Assembly (NCBI GenBank): GCA_000934665.2
Contig: JYFJ02000808.1
Coordinates: forward strand, 1-64,000
DNA from: Catajapyx aquilonaris
Taxonomy: Eukaryota
Direction of reading: 5' to 3'
DNA length: 64,000 bases
Each line of letters opens with the position of its first letter. The stretch's first letter is position 1. The translations under genes and the position numbers were made by a program. Below are positions 61,267-64,000 of this stretch, in pieces. A model generated the notes under the pieces. It did no database searches, was not told the origin of the DNA, and saw only the letters and a program-made list of their open reading frames with translations.

Positions 61267-62029
61267 CACTGTAAACCGCAAAGCATTAAAAGAGCATCAA
61301 AAGAGCATTACCCATGGAGACACCATTTTTAATGCTCTTCTACTCAGCAACAAAAAGCATTACAAGAGCATCATCAAAGCATTAAAAGAGCATCATCAAA
61401 GCATTAAAAGAGCATCACTACTGACAAGTAAGTCTCTCATGGAACATCAGTTGTTAGTAATGTACTTTAATGCTCTTATAATATTTTGATACTATTCAGC
61501 AGCAAAAAAAAAACACTACAATAGCATCGCAACAGAATCACCCATGGAGAAACAATTTTTTAATGCTCTTGTTTTTAATTAAATGCTTTAATTTAATTTA
61601 ATTTTAATTAAATGCTTTAATTTAATTTAATTTTAATTTAATGCTTTAATTTAATTTAATTTTAATTTAATCCTTTAAATGCTTTAATTAAATTTGATTT
61701 TAATTAATGCTTTAATTTAATGCTTTAAATGCTTTAATTAAATTTGATTTTAATTTAATGCCTTAATTTACTTGAATGCTTTAAATGCTTTTATTAAATG
61801 CTCTTTTAATGTATTTTGTTGCTAAAATCATAAAAAATTACAAGAGCATTAACACAATGGATGTCCCATGAGAGACTCGGTAGTGATGCTTTTTAATGCT
61901 TTGATGATGCTCTGGTAATGCTTTTTGTTCCTACAAAGCAAATAAAGACATTAAAAGAGCATTAAAAATTGATGCTCCATGGGACACTGTCAGTAGTGTT
62001 GCTAGTTTAATGTTTTGCGGTTTACAGTG
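61267..62029. mobile_element. CACTG-terminated (CACTA/EnSpm-like) non-autonomous element with AAGAGCAT subterminal repeats and an internal AT-rich expansion (~61570-61810); a shorter relative at ~62944-63187
   Basis: TA|CACTGTAAACCGCAAA ... TTTGCGGTTTACAGTG|TA; repeated AAAGAGCAT / ATGCTCTT and CCCATG units in both orientations. Confidence 0.7.
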
Positions 62030-64000
62030 TACTTCTTGCACAAACTGAAAACAAATCTCAGTACATTACCACAAACAAAATCAGCCTTGGTATTGACACA
62101 TTAATAGCAGCAATTTTACTCCCATCACGTGAGACACCATGACTCAACAGGGGTTAACTCTCTCACGACACCCAAGATCAATATGTAAGATATATCAGGT
62201 GAGAGAGAGAGTGACTGGAAAGTGACCCATCATTCCATCCAAAGTTACGGGATACGAGATCGATTTGGAGGGTAATTTTATGCCTTGGAAGAAAGTTACG
62301 TCGAACCAAAAGTGAAATGGACTCCCTTTTCTGTAAGAAAGTACAGGTCACGCGACGAGGGCTTTTTCTTACTTGGAAAATGGGGGGGGGNGGGGGGGGG
62401 GGGGGGTGGTTGGGTGTGGGGGGTGGGGGGTGGGGGGTGGGGGTGTCGACACACCTTGATTAGTTCGCAAGTCAAACACGGATCTCTAATTGGGCCACTT
62501 TATATGTTTAATCTTTGGGGGCAGGCAGGCTTACCACAGGAGATCCATCTCTTCTGCTGCCATGACCCCTGACTCCAACCTTCCACATGGTGACCCTCCT
62601 CACTGACTCACTCAACTGCTTGCTTTTGCTTCCTATACTTACCTAATAACCCTACCCTTTTCTCCCCCACCACCACCTTTTCTACCCCCTAGAGACCTCC
62701 CCTCTTTATAACAACCCCCCCACCAAACATGGCAAGCCTGGGAAGTTCCAAGTTGGGTTGTTTTACTCCCAGTTCGCACGATAGGAATTATTTTGTTGAG
62801 AGAAACAGTGTTATTGATTGCCCAAAATCATCCGGATGTCATGGCTTCAATCCGATTTGTGGCCAATGGGCATGCAAACCAGATGATGGCTCCAAGATTG
62901 CAAATGTATTTAATGTAAAAAAATATTCACACGATTAACGCTACACTGTAAACTGAAAACCATTAAAAGAGCATAACCCATGGAGCATCAATTGTAATGC
63001 CATTGTAATGCTTCTTTGTTGCTAAAAAGCAACACAAGAACCATTACAAGAGCATTAAAAATTGTTTCTCTTTTACTGTAATGCTTTTTGTAAATACTCT
63101 TGTAATGCTTTCAGCAACCAAAAAGCATTATCAGAGCATTAAATTGATGCTTTTGAATGCTTTGATGATGCTTACAGACGACCAGTGTCTCATCCTGAGA
63201 GCTAGTCAATCCAGTGTGTTGCATGCCTCCCAGGATAAACTCCCATTAAATCACTTAGCGTGACCCACCATGTACTACACAACTAATTACGTGGTATGTC
63301 CTAACGAGGCATATAATTTTCTTTTAAGCCCGTGATTTTTTTTACCCTCCCTTTATAGTGTAGGAGTGGCCAGCTCTGGAGGTAAATCGATGGTACCTCC
63401 CCCATCTCCCCTACAACAACAAAAAAAAACTGAATTTGGACCGTACTACCCTGCACTTGGTACTATCCAGGAAGTAAGGCAGGTGGGGAATTGGGCCAAA
63501 TTGAGGGGGGCAGATTGCCTTTGGGGGAATACTACCCACACAACCACCAATGAATGACTTTATGACTGCCTCCTGGATACACACACATCTAATGCACCTT
63601 TAAGGTGAGTTTCCTACTGGGCAAAGAACCCTTGGTCCAAGGACGATCACTTCAGCTAATTGTGTAATTACAGTTGTAATTTGGAACGACGTGACGTTTA
63701 TGAAGGCTCGGTTATGAAAGTTGAGCCAAACGAAGCTTGGAACGGGCGAAGGTTGAGATTACATCCCGATAGCATCTCGTAGGCGATGCATTTTTTTTAA
63801 TTCTATCGATGCAGCAGTTCTGTTCAGATTAGGCTCCATCTGCGATTGGCAGAAGCTGATTAAATTTTATGGAACCAAGATACATTGGTGATTTGGGATA
63901 AAAATCCGTGCCACGATGTTTCAGTGGGTCCCAAATTCATGATTGCAACATTCGACTGCGGTGTCTAAATGGCCAAGAAACGGCAGGAGGTATAAGAAAC

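Noticed and set aside
61570..61810. CRISPR-like or standalone satellite array
   Set aside because: Degenerate TTTAA/ATGC slippage expansion inside a TIR element; no unique spacers, and the context is eukaryotic.

Overview
Animal (invertebrate, probably arthropod-like) genomic DNA with short spliceosomal introns. From left to right: a >10 kb intron and the terminal coding exon of a Pitx homeobox gene (+); a ~24 kb gene-poor stretch of G/C-tract-rich putative enhancer islands, transposon debris, a SPOP-like BTB pseudogene and an internally deleted Sola-type transposon; IGBP1/TAP42 (+, 3 exons); LRMDA/C10orf11 (+, 5 exons, one GC-AG intron); an unidentified ~821-aa Ser/Arg-rich protein gene (+, 9 exons); and rootletin/CROCC (-, 21 exons, ~1967 aa). 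The non-coding DNA is dense in fold-back (whole-length palindromic) MITEs of Tc1/mariner, pogo, PIF/Harbinger and CACTA-like type, plus two tRNA-derived SINEs. The most notable unexplained feature is a ~274-nt segment (34361-34634, minus strand) that folds by eye into six consecutive hairpins closed by a terminal stem. It lies just inside the first intron of an apparently unannotated spliced transcript running divergently from the IGBP1 promoter. All exon models and folds were derived by hand; no database search or folding program was run.
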